NCBI GenBank assembly: GCA_965224245.1
Contig: OZ245046.1
Span: 4,544,001-4,608,000 of the forward strand
Source: Candidatus Eiseniibacteriota bacterium
GTDB lineage: Bacteria > Eisenbacteria > RBG-16-71-46 > CAZAMP01
Length of the DNA: 64,000 nucleotides
Reading direction: 5' to 3'
Position numbers and translations under genes: made by a program. Positions within the stretch are counted from its first letter, which is position 1. Each line of letters begins with the position of its first letter. The notes under the pieces are model-generated. The model worked only from the letters and a program-made list of their open reading frames with translations. It had not been told where the DNA came from and did no database searches. Below, in pieces: positions 29,241 to 39,501 of this stretch.

Positions 29241-30083
29241 GTGCGACGCTCGCCCACGATCACGCCCGCGACGCGGACCGGGGCGAGGCTCCATCCCCGG
29301 TTCGCCGGAGCTTCCCCGGTGCGGCGACGGGTGCTCGGGGCGGGGCTCTGGCTGACCGCGGTCGCGCTGACCGCCGCGGCAGCCCTCGACGCCGGCTCGC
29401 TCCGGGTCCACATCCCGGACCCGCCGGCCACGTTCCTGCACGACGGCGCGCGCGTGCTCTCGCCGTCCGAGCGGACCGAGATCCAGCATCGCCTGACGGC
29501 GCTCGATCGCGCCCGGCTGCAGATCGGCGTGGCCATCCTGCCCTCGCTGGAGGGCGAGCCGCTCGAGGACGTCTCGATGGCCATCGCCGAGAAGTGGGCA
29601 CCAGGTGATCGCGAACGCGACGACGGCGTCCTGATCGCGATCTTCACCGAGGACCGGAAGATCCGGATCGAGGTCGGGTACGGACTCGAGGACCGCATCA
29701 CCGATGCCGCGGCCGGGCGCATCATCCGGGGCCGCATGGCACCCGCGTTTCGGAGCGGTGCCTACGCGCTCGGTATCCTCTCGGCGGTCGACGCCATCGA
29801 GGCGCTGGCCGGGGGTCGCGACCTTCCGCCACCGGCGCGCGTGCGCGCGCCGGTGGAGTGGGTGCCCCTGATCGTCTTCCTGGTGCTCTTGCTCCTGGTC
29901 GTCATTCGCGCGCGGTCGCGCCGCAGCATGTGGTTCGACGTCACGGGATGGGGCTCGGGGTCACCGAGACGCCGGGGCCGGAGCACGTTCGGCGCAGGCG
30001 GCTGGTTCGGTGGTGGCGGAGGCGGGGGCAGCGGCTTCGGTGGCGGCTCGTTCGGAGGCGGTGGCGCCTCGGGGGGATGGTGA
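29241..30083 (+). CDS. TPM-domain (YgcG-like) membrane protein with Gly-rich tail
   Basis: DDGVLI...DRKIRIEVGYGLE..ITD; FGGGSFGGGGASGGW terminus; typical lemA neighbour. Confidence 0.9.
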   Translation: MRRSPTITPATRTGARLHPRFAGASPVRRRVLGAGLWLTAVALTAAAALDAGSLRVHIPDPPATFLHDGARVLSPSERTEIQHRLTALDRARLQIGVAILPSLEGEPLEDVSMAIAEKWAPGDRERDDGVLIAIFTEDRKIRIEVGYGLEDRITDAAAGRIIRGRMAPAFRSGAYALGILSAVDAIEALAGGRDLPPPARVRAPVEWVPLIVFLVLLLLVVIRARSRRSMWFDVTGWGSGSPRRRGRSTFGAGGWFGGGGGGGSGFGGGSFGGGGASGGW

Positions 30084-30823
30084 TGCGCGGAACACTCCTG
30101 AGACCGCTCTCGCGCGTCAGCTTCGCGCTGGGGGCGCTCTCGTTCGCGGGCATCGTCATCGCGGTCGTGTACGTCCGCGCCGCGGCGCCGGGCGACGGCT
30201 GGCTGGAGCTTCCGCGCCGGGGCATCGTCGCGCTGCTCGTGCTCTCGCTGATCTCGCTCCTGGCCGCGGGGTGGCTCGCGCGCGCCGCACACCGCGCCCG
30301 TCGGGACACGGCCATGGACCTCCTGAGCTCCGAGGAGTCCGAGCGTGTGGTCGCCGCGATCCGGGCGTTCGAGCACCGGACGAGCGGCGAGATTCGCGTA
30401 CACGTCGACTACGAGTCCGATCGCGACCCGATGGCGCGTGCGGGAGCGGTCTTCGCCGAGTTCGGGATGACCGAGACGCGCGAGCGGAACGGCGTCCTCT
30501 TCTACGTGGCCGCATTCGATCGTCGCCTGGCCGTCGTCGGCGACACGGGCATCGACGCGGTCACCGACGAGTCGTTCTGGTCACGCGTGGTCGCGAAGGT
30601 CGAGCGCGCGTTCGCCGACGGCCGCCCGGCCGACGGGCTGATCGCCGGCATCGAGATGGCCGGCGCCGCGCTCGCCGAGCACTTTCCGCCTCGCGACGAC
30701 GACGTCGACGAGCTGCCCGATGCGATCTCCACCGGGCCGCACCCCGGCGAACACGACGACGCCGACGGCGACGAGGACGGCGAGGACGGCGACGAAGACC
30801 GTGACCGGGACGGCCGGACGTGA
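30083..30823 (+). CDS. TPM-domain membrane protein
   Basis: TGATG overlap; E.RTSGEIRV, TRERNGVLFYVA, GDTGI, D.DELPD; acidic tail. Confidence 0.85.
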   Translation: MRGTLLRPLSRVSFALGALSFAGIVIAVVYVRAAAPGDGWLELPRRGIVALLVLSLISLLAAGWLARAAHRARRDTAMDLLSSEESERVVAAIRAFEHRTSGEIRVHVDYESDRDPMARAGAVFAEFGMTETRERNGVLFYVAAFDRRLAVVGDTGIDAVTDESFWSRVVAKVERAFADGRPADGLIAGIEMAGAALAEHFPPRDDDVDELPDAISTGPHPGEHDDADGDEDGEDGDEDRDRDGRT

Positions 30824-31773
30824 CACGATCCGCGATGCGCCGCATCTCGCGCTGGGGGGTGGCGCTGGCCCTGGCGACACCGGCGCTCGTCCGAGGAGGT
30901 GACGACGTGACCCACCCCGACATCGAGAAGCTGTGGAACTTCCAGAAGCCCGACGAGAGCGAGCACCGCTTTCGCGATGCCATCGACTCCCTCGGGCCCC
31001 ACGCGCCGGTTGCGATCCGGCTGGAGCTCGAGACGCAGATCGCGCGAACCTACGGGCTCCGAGGGGAGTTCGATCGGGCGCATGCGCTCCTCGACTCCGT
31101 CCACTCGGAGCTCACCGACGACATGGGGGTGGCGCGGGTCCGCTATCTCCTCGAGCGCGGGCGCACGTTCAACTCGTCGAGGAACGTCCCTCCCGCGCGC
31201 GAGGCGTTCCTGGAGGCCTGGACGCTCGGGCGCTCGATCGGCGCGGATGCGCTGGCGGTGGACGCCGCGCACATGATGGCGATCGTGGAGCCGCCGGAGA
31301 AGAAGCTGCGCTGGAACCTCGATGCGATGTCGCTGGCCGAAGCATCCGACGACCCGAAGGCCGGACGCTGGCTCGGTTCGCTCTACAACAACATCGGATG
31401 GGATCACTTCGCCGAGGGGCGATTCGCCGAGGCCCTGGCTGCCCACGAGAAGGGCTTGGCGTGGCAGCGCGAGCACGGATCGGACTACACGACACGCATC
31501 GCCAGGTGGTCGGTCGCGAAGCTCCTGCGCCACGTGGACCGCGTCGACGAGGCGCTCGTGCTACTGCGCGAGCTCGAGGCGGAGCACGACGCGCTGGGCG
31601 AGCCCGACGGCTTCGTGTACGAGGAGCTCGGCGAGTGCCTCCTGGCCCAGGGGCACGCGGACGAGGCGACGCCGTACTTCCAGAAGGCGTACGACCTGCT
31701 CCAGGACGAGACGTGGATCTCCGACTCCGAGCCCGAGCGCCTTCCCCGGCTGAAGGCCCTCGCGGGTCGCTGA
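30820..31773 (+). CDS. Tetratricopeptide-repeat protein
   Basis: GTGA overlap; TQIARTYGL, LERGRTFNSS, WLGSLYNNIGW, DGFVYEELGECL helical repeats. Confidence 0.75.
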   Translation: MTRSAMRRISRWGVALALATPALVRGGDDVTHPDIEKLWNFQKPDESEHRFRDAIDSLGPHAPVAIRLELETQIARTYGLRGEFDRAHALLDSVHSELTDDMGVARVRYLLERGRTFNSSRNVPPAREAFLEAWTLGRSIGADALAVDAAHMMAIVEPPEKKLRWNLDAMSLAEASDDPKAGRWLGSLYNNIGWDHFAEGRFAEALAAHEKGLAWQREHGSDYTTRIARWSVAKLLRHVDRVDEALVLLRELEAEHDALGEPDGFVYEELGECLLAQGHADEATPYFQKAYDLLQDETWISDSEPERLPRLKALAGR

Positions 31774-31784
31774 CACCGAGACGA

Positions 31785-32330
31785 TCAGGGGCAGCTCTGC
31801 AGGAACTCCGACATGAACACGACGAAGTCGGGCAGGTTCACGATCTCGTCGCAGTTGGCCAGATCCTGACAGGTGATCCCTTCACCGAGGTAGACGTTGA
31901 ACAGCTGCACGAAGTCGATCAGGCTCACGTCACCGTCGCCGCTGGAGTCCGGTGAGCCGATCGCGTCGTAGACCGCGATCGTGACCGCGCCCGGATCCAG
32001 CTCGAGCAGCAACGCGGCCGGATTCTCGCAGCATCCCCCGATCTCGACCGCGAACGTGATCACGCCATCGGCATCCGTCGTCGACGTGTAGACGGTGGGC
32101 TGCGTGCCGTCGCATCGCGCCAGGCCGGTGCACGCTCCGTCGAAGATGATGCGCCCGTCCAGGTCCGCCGCCGGCTCACCGGAGGTGTAGTCGATCCGCC
32201 AGGTGAGCTCGGTTCCCGACGGCGCGACGCGTATGCACTCGGGGTGCTCGTGGATGATGTAGAAGCCCTCGGCGGCCACGAGCGGCGCGTTCGACGCGAT
32301 GAGTGCGAGGAGCATGACCCAGCGTGACAT
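31785..32330 (-). CDS. Small secreted Cys-rich protein with dockerin/EF-hand-like duplicated Ca-binding motif
   Basis: ATG 32330 after GGAGA; signal peptide; DSSGDGDVSLIDF and DLANCDEIVNLPDF. Confidence 0.7.
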   Translation of the reverse strand: MSRWVMLLALIASNAPLVAAEGFYIIHEHPECIRVAPSGTELTWRIDYTSGEPAADLDGRIIFDGACTGLARCDGTQPTVYTSTTDADGVITFAVEIGGCCENPAALLLELDPGAVTIAVYDAIGSPDSSGDGDVSLIDFVQLFNVYLGEGITCQDLANCDEIVNLPDFVVFMSEFLQSCP

Positions 32331-32477
32331 GGTGTTCTCCCGTGGGTGTGGCGTGCGTCCCGTCGATCGCACGCCCGGGTTACGAGTGATCGCACGCGTG
32401 GGGGCCACGGCGAATGACGAGCCCGAGTGGGGGAACGCGGACATCATACCAGGACATCTTTACGACGTCGCGTCATT

Positions 32478-35400
32478 TCAGGCTCCATCGGGGCGCGCCA
32501 CGGACTCGGCGCCCGCGCGGAGGGCGTCGTCGAAGGCATCCGCCCCGAGGCGCCCGGCGACCTCGTCCCCGAGGCGCGCGAGACGCGACTCGGACGCGGC
32601 ATCGCGCGGCAACGCCATCTCGCGTCGCAGCGCGGATGCGACGCCGAGATGTCGCGCCGCCTCGAGGTCCCGGTCGCGCGCCGCCTCGACCGCGGCCAGC
32701 GCTTCGTGACAGAGCGGCATCGTGTAGGCGTCGACGTCGGAGGCGATCTCCAGCGCCTCGTGAGCATCCGCGTGCGCCGCCTCGACGTCGCCCAGCTCCA
32801 CGAGCGTGCTCGCCCGGATCGAGAGCGCCAGTGCGCGTCCCCATCGCGACTCGATCTGACCCCAGTAGCCGAGGCCGCGATCGATCGCCTCCAGCGCCGC
32901 CCGGGGATCGCCTCGCCGGAGTCGCAGTCGCGCCATCAGCGAGAACGACCACGCCTCCCCCGACTTGTTGCCGCCGTCGCGCCAGAGCGCGAGCGCCTCG
33001 TCGATGAGCGCCTCGACGTGTTCGGGAGCGCCGCCGTCGAGCTCGACCATCGCCTGAAGCGTGCGCGTCCAGCCCAGCAACGTCCGATCCGACAGGCGCC
33101 GGAGCGTGGTCTCGGCCTCGGTCAGGAGCGAGCGAGCGGTTTCCCGGTCGCCGCGCATCGCGTGTGCCCACGCCAGGTTGCCCAGCGCGAACGATGCGCC
33201 CCGCTCGTCGCCGACCTCTCGCCGGAGCGCGAGGCTCCGCTCGTTCGCATCGATCGCCTCGCCGTGTCGGCCCCGGTAGTTCGCGATCCAGCCGAGGTTG
33301 TTCCACGCCACCGCCTGGCCGCGCCGGTCGTCCAGGCGGGCGTTCAAGGCCAGCCCGTCGGCCGCCCACCGCGCCGCGTCGCCGAGCTCGCCGAGCTCGC
33401 AGGCGACCCACGCCAGGTTGTTCAGCACGAGGGCCGACGTGGGCTCGTCTTCCAGGTCCCGCGCGATCCCGGCAGCCTCCTCCAGCACCTCCCGCGCAAA
33501 CCGGTTGCGTCCCTCGTTGTGCGCCATCGTGCCGATCGCGTTCAGCACGCGCGCCCGCGCATGCGTCGGCGCCTCGGCGCCCGGGATGCGAAGGAGCGCC
33601 TCGAGGTGCTTGCGTCCCTCGTGCATCGATCCCCTCACGACCCAGTAGCGCCACAACGCGGCACCGATCGCGAGACCGGTCTCGGCCTCCCCCGCGTCGC
33701 TCGCCCACGCCATCGCCGCCCGGACGTTCGGCATCTCCAGGCCGATCCGATCCAGCCACGTTCCCTGTGAGGGACCGGTCAGCTCCGGCGCCGCTCGCTC
33801 GGCGAGCGCGCGCACCACGCCGGCCAGACGACGCTCCGCGCCGGCGGTCTCACCGGATTCGTCCAGCAGCTCGTGCGCAAACTCCCGCATCGTCCCCAGC
33901 ATCGCGAATCGCGGCTCGGGTCCGTCCACGGTCCGGATCAAGCTGTGGTCGACGAGCGCACCCAGGACGTCCACCGGGTCGGCGTCGACGCCGGCGACCA
34001 CGTCCGCGTCGTCGATGGTGAAGCTCCCGGGGAACACCGCGAGGCGCCGGAACACGGTCTGCTCGTCGGCGTCGAGGAGTCGATGGCTCCACTCGATGGC
34101 GGCCCGGAGCGTCTGGTGGCGGGCGGGCCGATCGCGCGAGCCGCCGCGGAGCACCGAGAGGCGGTGACCGAGACGTTCGAGCAGCGCGTCGGCGGTGAAG
34201 AGTCGGAGCCGCGCCGCGGCGAGCTCGATCGCGAGGGGGATGCCGTCGAGTCGCCTGACGATCCCGACCACGGCGGCGGCGTTGCTCGCGTCCAGCTCGA
34301 AGTGCGGACGAGCCGCCTGGGCGCGATCCACGAAGAGCAATACCGACGGTGACTCCCGGAGCCGATCCGGATCCGGCGCGTCCTCTTCCCGGGGCACCGG
34401 CAGCGGCTCCAGCGGGAACGCGCGCTCGCCGTCGATCGCGAGCAGCACGCGGCTGGTCACGATCAGGTGCAGTCTCGGGCACGCGGCGAGGAGAGCCGCG
34501 AGGTCGGGCGCCCCGGACACCACCTGCTCGAGATTGTCGAGCACGAGGAGCATCCGACGACTTCCGATCTCGTCGATCAGCACCTCCAGGGTCGAACGCA
34601 CGGCGGTCGCGGTCACCGGCGTCGTGCCCCGCGCGCGCTCCAGCTCGTCGGCGATCGTGCCCAGCAGTCGGTCAGGCTCCCGCACCGCGCTCAGCGAGAC
34701 GAACACGCTCGTCTCGAAGCCGGACGCCGCGCGGCGTGCGGCCTCGACGGCCAGTCGCGTCTTGCCGGTGCCGGCGGCCCCGGTCACGGTCACCAGACGG
34801 CCCACCTCGAGCATCGCGAGCAGGCTCTCCAGTGACTCGTCGCGTCCCACGAAGCGGGTCAGGTGAGTGGGCAGCAGGCTCGTGTGGGACGACGGCTCCG
34901 ACAGCAGCGATCGCGCGAAGGCGCCGGCGCTGAACGGCCGGCGATCGGGCGACTTCTCGAGCGCGAGCATCACGGCGCGGGCGACGGCCCGGGAGATGCC
35001 GTCGCGACGCGTGTCCGGCGGGGCCGGGTCGTCGTCGAGAATGGCGCGCAGCGTCGCCGCGTCGTTGTCCCGCTCGAACGGGGAGACACCGGTGAGCATC
35101 TCGTAGGCCACGACGCCGAGCGCCCAGACGTCGGTGCGCGCATCGACGGCCTCGGCCTCGACCTGCTCGGGCGACATGTAAGCGAGCGTGCCCACGCGTG
35201 ACCCGGCCTGCGTACGCTCGCCGCCGCGTACGATCTTGGCGACACCGAAGTCGACGATTCTCGCCTCGTCCCGATCGGTGAACATGATGTTGCCGGGCTT
35301 CACGTCCCGATGGACGATCCCCGCGCGGTGAGCGGCGTCCAGCGCGTCGGCGACCTCGGTCACGACGCGGACCACCGTCGACTCGTCCATCGGACCGCCG

Positions 35401-35915
35401 GCCAGCCGCTCCCGGAGGCTCGGTCCGGCGTAGAACGCCATGACGATGAAGTCGCGTCCGTCGGGGGTGACCCCCACGTCGTAGACGGTCGCGATGCCCG
35501 GATGATCGAGCGAGGACGCCGTCCGCGCCTCGTCCAGGAACCGGCGGACCACGTCGGGCTCGGTGGAGAGATCGTCGGCCAGGACCTTGATCGCCACCGC
35601 CCGTCCCAGACGGGGATCGCGTCCCTCGTAGACCCGTCCCATGCCGCCCCGACCGACCTCACGCACCACCTCGTACGGACCGAGGTGAGTGTCCAGGTCC
35701 CGATCGGTGTCGAGGACGTCGGCCACGACCTCGCCCACCTCGCGATCCAGAATGCCGCCGGTGCTCTCGTGCGCGGACAGGAGCGCGCGGACCTGCCGGC
35801 GACAGCTCTCGTCCGGAAGGCTCGTGGCCAGCCAGGCCTCCCGCGCGCCCGGCGCGATCGTGAGTGCGCGATCGAACCAGTCGAAGACGCTCTCGGTCGA
35901 GGGATCGTCACTCAC
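32478..35915 (-). CDS. Ser/Thr protein kinase fused to STAND (NB-ARC-like) NTPase and TPR repeats
   Basis: [40 protein letters not shown], Walker A GAAGTGKT, Walker [21 protein letters not shown]; TPRs; GTGA overlap with ECF gene. Confidence 0.93.
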   Translation of the reverse strand: MSDDPSTESVFDWFDRALTIAPGAREAWLATSLPDESCRRQVRALLSAHESTGGILDREVGEVVADVLDTDRDLDTHLGPYEVVREVGRGGMGRVYEGRDPRLGRAVAIKVLADDLSTEPDVVRRFLDEARTASSLDHPGIATVYDVGVTPDGRDFIVMAFYAGPSLRERLAGGPMDESTVVRVVTEVADALDAAHRAGIVHRDVKPGNIMFTDRDEARIVDFGVAKIVRGGERTQAGSRVGTLAYMSPEQVEAEAVDARTDVWALGVVAYEMLTGVSPFERDNDAATLRAILDDDPAPPDTRRDGISRAVARAVMLALEKSPDRRPFSAGAFARSLLSEPSSHTSLLPTHLTRFVGRDESLESLLAMLEVGRLVTVTGAAGTGKTRLAVEAARRAASGFETSVFVSLSAVREPDRLLGTIADELERARGTTPVTATAVRSTLEVLIDEIGSRRMLLVLDNLEQVVSGAPDLAALLAACPRLHLIVTSRVLLAIDGERAFPLEPLPVPREEDAPDPDRLRESPSVLLFVDRAQAARPHFELDASNAAAVVGIVRRLDGIPLAIELAAARLRLFTADALLERLGHRLSVLRGGSRDRPARHQTLRAAIEWSHRLLDADEQTVFRRLAVFPGSFTIDDADVVAGVDADPVDVLGALVDHSLIRTVDGPEPRFAMLGTMREFAHELLDESGETAGAERRLAGVVRALAERAAPELTGPSQGTWLDRIGLEMPNVRAAMAWASDAGEAETGLAIGAALWRYWVVRGSMHEGRKHLEALLRIPGAEAPTHARARVLNAIGTMAHNEGRNRFAREVLEEAAGIARDLEDEPTSALVLNNLAWVACELGELGDAARWAADGLALNARLDDRRGQAVAWNNLGWIANYRGRHGEAIDANERSLALRREVGDERGASFALGNLAWAHAMRGDRETARSLLTEAETTLRRLSDRTLLGWTRTLQAMVELDGGAPEHVEALIDEALALWRDGGNKSGEAWSFSLMARLRLRRGDPRAALEAIDRGLGYWGQIESRWGRALALSIRASTLVELGDVEAAHADAHEALEIASDVDAYTMPLCHEALAAVEAARDRDLEAARHLGVASALRREMALPRDAASESRLARLGDEVAGRLGADAFDDALRAGAESVARPDGA

Positions 35916-36517
35916 GGGGACCCTTCCGATCCGGCGGACATCGCCACCTGGAGCCAGGCGCGCGCGCGAACCCAGTCGCGCTGCACGGTTCGTGACGACA
36001 CGTCGAGCGCGCTGGCGATCTCGTCGTCGCTCATCTCGCCGAAGTAACGGCACTCCACGACCGCCCGCAGGCGCGGATCGACGGCGTCGAGCCGGTCGAG
36101 GGCATCGCCGAGCGCGACGACCTCGTCGAGCGTGGAGGGCGCCGGCGCGGCCACGTCGGGCATCGACGTGCGGCGCAGATCGCCCCCCCGCTTCTCGGCC
36201 CGGCGACGGCGGGCGTGATCCACCAGAACCTGCCGCATGGCCCGCGCGGCCACGGCCATGAAGTGGGACCGGCTCTTCCAGTCGACCCGGGCGTTGTCGA
36301 CGAGCTTCAGGTACGCCTCGTGGACGAGCGCCGTCGGGGTGACGGTCGCCGCCGCGAGCTCCCGCCGTGCGTAGCGCGCGGCGAGACGCCGCAGCTCGTC
36401 GTAGACGGCCGGGAGCACCGCGTCGAAGGCCTGCCGGTCCCCGTCACGGGCGGCGACCAGTAGGCGCGTGACGTCGCCTAACTGATTGTGAGGAGATGAG
36501 TTCTGCGATTCGGGCAT
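35912..36517 (-). CDS. ECF sigma factor of the kinase-associated type (TIGR02999-like)
   Basis: DVTRLL...YDELRRLA, TPTALVHEAYLKL, HF...AARAMRQVLVDHAR...KRGG, EIA..L.VS.RTV.RDW..ARAWL. Confidence 0.93.
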   Translation of the reverse strand: MPESQNSSPHNQLGDVTRLLVAARDGDRQAFDAVLPAVYDELRRLAARYARRELAAATVTPTALVHEAYLKLVDNARVDWKSRSHFMAVAARAMRQVLVDHARRRRAEKRGGDLRRTSMPDVAAPAPSTLDEVVALGDALDRLDAVDPRLRAVVECRYFGEMSDDEIASALDVSSRTVQRDWVRARAWLQVAMSAGSEGSP

Positions 36518-36645
36518 TTTTCGGCGATTCCGTGTCGGCGCTGGGGCCGCGACTGCGCAGATCCCGGTCGAGGCGGCGATCGGCCAGTGCGCCGGTCGTC
36601 GGAGATGATCGTCGAAGTCTATCCCACGACGGAGGTTCTGTCGCC

Positions 36646-38331
36646 ATGCAACCCAACCGCCACCACACGCGTCCCCGGGGCGCGCGCCGACTCGCCGTCG
36701 ATGTCGCGACGGCGTTCCTGGTGCTCACGATGGGCTGCGCGTTCGGACGCGTTCAGCATCGATCCGACGCGCTGGCCCCGCTCCTCGACGGTCTGGGCGA
36801 CCACCACGTCGCCGTGACGACCGACGACGCCCTCGCCCAGCGGTTCTTCGATCAAGGTATCGCGCTGACCTACGGGTTCAACCACGCCGAGGCGCTCCGG
36901 TCGTTCCGCGAGGTGGTCCGCCGGGATCCCGGGTGTGCGATGGGCTACTGGGGCATCGCGTTCGTCCTCGGGCCGAACCTGAACCTGCCCATGGAGCCCG
37001 ACGCGGTCCCCGAGGCCTGGGAGGCGTCACGGCGTGCGCTCGAGCTCGCTCCAGGCGCCTCGGAACGCGAAAGGGGCTTCATCGAGGCGCTGGCGGCGCG
37101 CTACGCCCCAGAGCCGGCCTCGGACCGGACGGCGCTGGATCGGGCGTACGCCGACGCGATGGTGCGCCTCGCGGCCCAGCGTCCGGACGACACCGACGCG
37201 CAGTGCCTCGCCGCCGACGCGTTGATGAACCTGATGCCGTGGGACTACTGGACCGACGGCGGCGAGCCGCGAGCCGAGACCCGGGACGTGCTGGCCCGAC
37301 TGGAGCGGGTAATCGAGATGGATCCCGATCATCCCGGGGCGCTGCATCTGTACATCCACGCCGTGGAGGCGGTGCGTCCCGAGCTGGGCGTCGCCGCCGC
37401 TGACCGGCTGGGTGATCTCCTGCCGGGCGCCGGGCATCTCGTGCACATGCCGTCTCACATCTACATCCGCGTCGGCCGCTACCACGACGCCACGGTCGCG
37501 AACCAGGAAGCCGTGGCCACCGACCAGGACTACATCACCGCGTGCAATCGCCAGGGCGTCTACGCGCTGGCCTATGCGCCGCACAACTACCACTTCCTGT
37601 GGGCGACGGCCACGCTGGAGGGCCGGTACGAGGTCGCCGTCGACGCCGCGCGCGAGATGGCCGCCGGCATCGATCCCGAGATGATGCGCGCACCGGGTCT
37701 CTCGACGTTGCAGCACTACTGGATCACGCCGCTGTACGCGTACGTGCGGTTCGGTCGCTGGGACGAGATCCTCGCGACCCCCGAGCCGGACGAGGACCTC
37801 GTCTACCCGCGCGCCGTTCGTCACTACGCGCGGGGCGTCGCTCTCGCGCGGACCGGTGAACCGGCGACGGCGGCCGGTGAGCTCCGGGCGCTGCGCACGC
37901 TGGCCGAGGACCCGCGCATGGACGACGTCACGGTCTGGGACATCAACGCCGCGGGTGACCTCGTCGCGATCGCGATCGAGACGCTGGCCGGCGAGATCGA
38001 CGCCGCCGAGGGACGATCGTCCGACGCCGTCATGCACCTGCGCGTGGCCGCCGCGTTCGAGGACGAGCTGAACTACGACGAGCCGCCGCCGTGGCACCAG
38101 CCGGTCCGACAGGTCCTGGGCGACGTGCTGCTGGCGTCGGGCCGACCCGAGGACGCCGAGGCGGCGTATCTGGAGGACCTCGAGACGTTCCCGGAGAACG
38201 GCTGGTCCCTGCGCGGACTGCAGCGGAGCCTCGAGGCACAGGGGCGCGAGGAGGACGCCGCCGGCGTCGCCACACGCTTCGAGAACGCCTGGAAGTACGC
38301 GGACACCGCGATCGACGCATCCCGGTTCTGA
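36646..38331 (+). CDS. TPR-containing putative lipoprotein with conserved His clusters
   Basis: ATG 36646 after GGAGG; possible lipobox LTMG-C; AQRFFDQG..YGFNHAEA, HPGALHLYIH, GHLVHMPSHIY, HNYHF, PENGWSL. Confidence 0.8.
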   Translation: MQPNRHHTRPRGARRLAVDVATAFLVLTMGCAFGRVQHRSDALAPLLDGLGDHHVAVTTDDALAQRFFDQGIALTYGFNHAEALRSFREVVRRDPGCAMGYWGIAFVLGPNLNLPMEPDAVPEAWEASRRALELAPGASERERGFIEALAARYAPEPASDRTALDRAYADAMVRLAAQRPDDTDAQCLAADALMNLMPWDYWTDGGEPRAETRDVLARLERVIEMDPDHPGALHLYIHAVEAVRPELGVAAADRLGDLLPGAGHLVHMPSHIYIRVGRYHDATVANQEAVATDQDYITACNRQGVYALAYAPHNYHFLWATATLEGRYEVAVDAAREMAAGIDPEMMRAPGLSTLQHYWITPLYAYVRFGRWDEILATPEPDEDLVYPRAVRHYARGVALARTGEPATAAGELRALRTLAEDPRMDDVTVWDINAAGDLVAIAIETLAGEIDAAEGRSSDAVMHLRVAAAFEDELNYDEPPPWHQPVRQVLGDVLLASGRPEDAEAAYLEDLETFPENGWSLRGLQRSLEAQGREEDAAGVATRFENAWKYADTAIDASRF

Positions 38332-38370
38332 TCCGGATCAACCCTTCGTCAAGTCGAGGAGAGACCGACC

Positions 38371-39501
38371 ATGACCACCGCACACCCCACGCCGGAGCCG
38401 ACCGCCGACACCGAGCGCGACCGCTTCGTCGAGAGACTCTTGAACTCCGCCGGCGGCGCGATGGATCTCTTCGCCGCGTACATCGGCGACCGTCTGGGGT
38501 TCTACTGCGTGCTCGCCGAGGACGGACCGGTTCGCGCCGGCGAGCTGGCCGCACGGACCGGCACCCACGAGCGCTACGTGCGCGAGTGGCTCGAACAGCA
38601 GACGATCACCGGCGTGCTCCGCGTCGACGACCCGAGCGCGGCGCCCGAGGCACGACGCTTCCACCTTCCGGCCGGACACGCCGAGGCGCTGACCGACATC
38701 GCGAGCCTCGACTACATCGCGCCGCTCGCGCAGGTCTTCGTGGGCGCGGTCTCGCCGATCGAGCAGGTCGTCAATGCGTACCGGACGGGCGACGGCGTCT
38801 CCTACGAGGCCTACGGCCGGGACATGCGCGAAGGCCAGGCGCGGATGAACCGGGCGCTCTTCCTGCAAGCGCTGGGTCGCGAGTGGCTGCCCTCGATCCC
38901 CGACGTTCACGATCGACTCTCGTCGACACCGCCCGCGCGCATCGCCGACGTCGGCTGCGGCGCCGGCTGGTCGTCGATCGGGATGGCCCGCGCCTATCCC
39001 CAGGTGCGCGTGGACGGCTTCGATCTCGACGCGCCCTCGATCGAGCTGGCCCGGCGCAACCTCGTCGGCGAGCGACGCGACGTCGTGGAGCGCGTGTCGT
39101 TCGAGTGCCGGGACGCCGCCGACGTGCCCGGCGGCTCGTACGACCTCGTGATCGCCCTCGAGTGCGTGCACGACATGACGCATCCGGTGGAGGTGCTCCG
39201 CACGATGCGTCGTCTGGCCGGAGACGGCGGCACGGTGCTGGTCGTCGACGAGCGCGTCGGCGAGACGTTCACCGAGACCGGGAACGACGTCGAGTGGATG
39301 ATGTACGGCTGGAGCATCCTTCACTGCCTTCCCGTGGGGTTGGACGGCCACGCCTGCGCAGGAACCGGGACCGTCATGCGACCCGACACGCTTCGCGGCT
39401 ACGCCCGGGACGCGGGCTTCGCCGACGTCGAGATCCTGCCGATCGAGAACTTCTTCTTCCGCGTGTACCGCCTCGTGCAGGAGGGCGGCCGGGATGCATG
39501 A
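38371..39501 (+). CDS. Class I SAM-dependent methyltransferase with N-terminal winged helix (Rv2258c-like)
   Basis: IGDRLG.Y, ELA.RTG..ERYVREWL; IADVGCGAGWS; ECVHDM..P; HCLPVG; GTVMRP. Confidence 0.9.
   Translation: MTTAHPTPEPTADTERDRFVERLLNSAGGAMDLFAAYIGDRLGFYCVLAEDGPVRAGELAARTGTHERYVREWLEQQTITGVLRVDDPSAAPEARRFHLPAGHAEALTDIASLDYIAPLAQVFVGAVSPIEQVVNAYRTGDGVSYEAYGRDMREGQARMNRALFLQALGREWLPSIPDVHDRLSSTPPARIADVGCGAGWSSIGMARAYPQVRVDGFDLDAPSIELARRNLVGERRDVVERVSFECRDAADVPGGSYDLVIALECVHDMTHPVEVLRTMRRLAGDGGTVLVVDERVGETFTETGNDVEWMMYGWSILHCLPVGLDGHACAGTGTVMRPDTLRGYARDAGFADVEILPIENFFFRVYRLVQEGGRDA

Noticed and set aside
30750-30820. GACGGCGA-type short repeats
   Set aside because: Simply encode a low-complexity acidic tail of the TPM protein.
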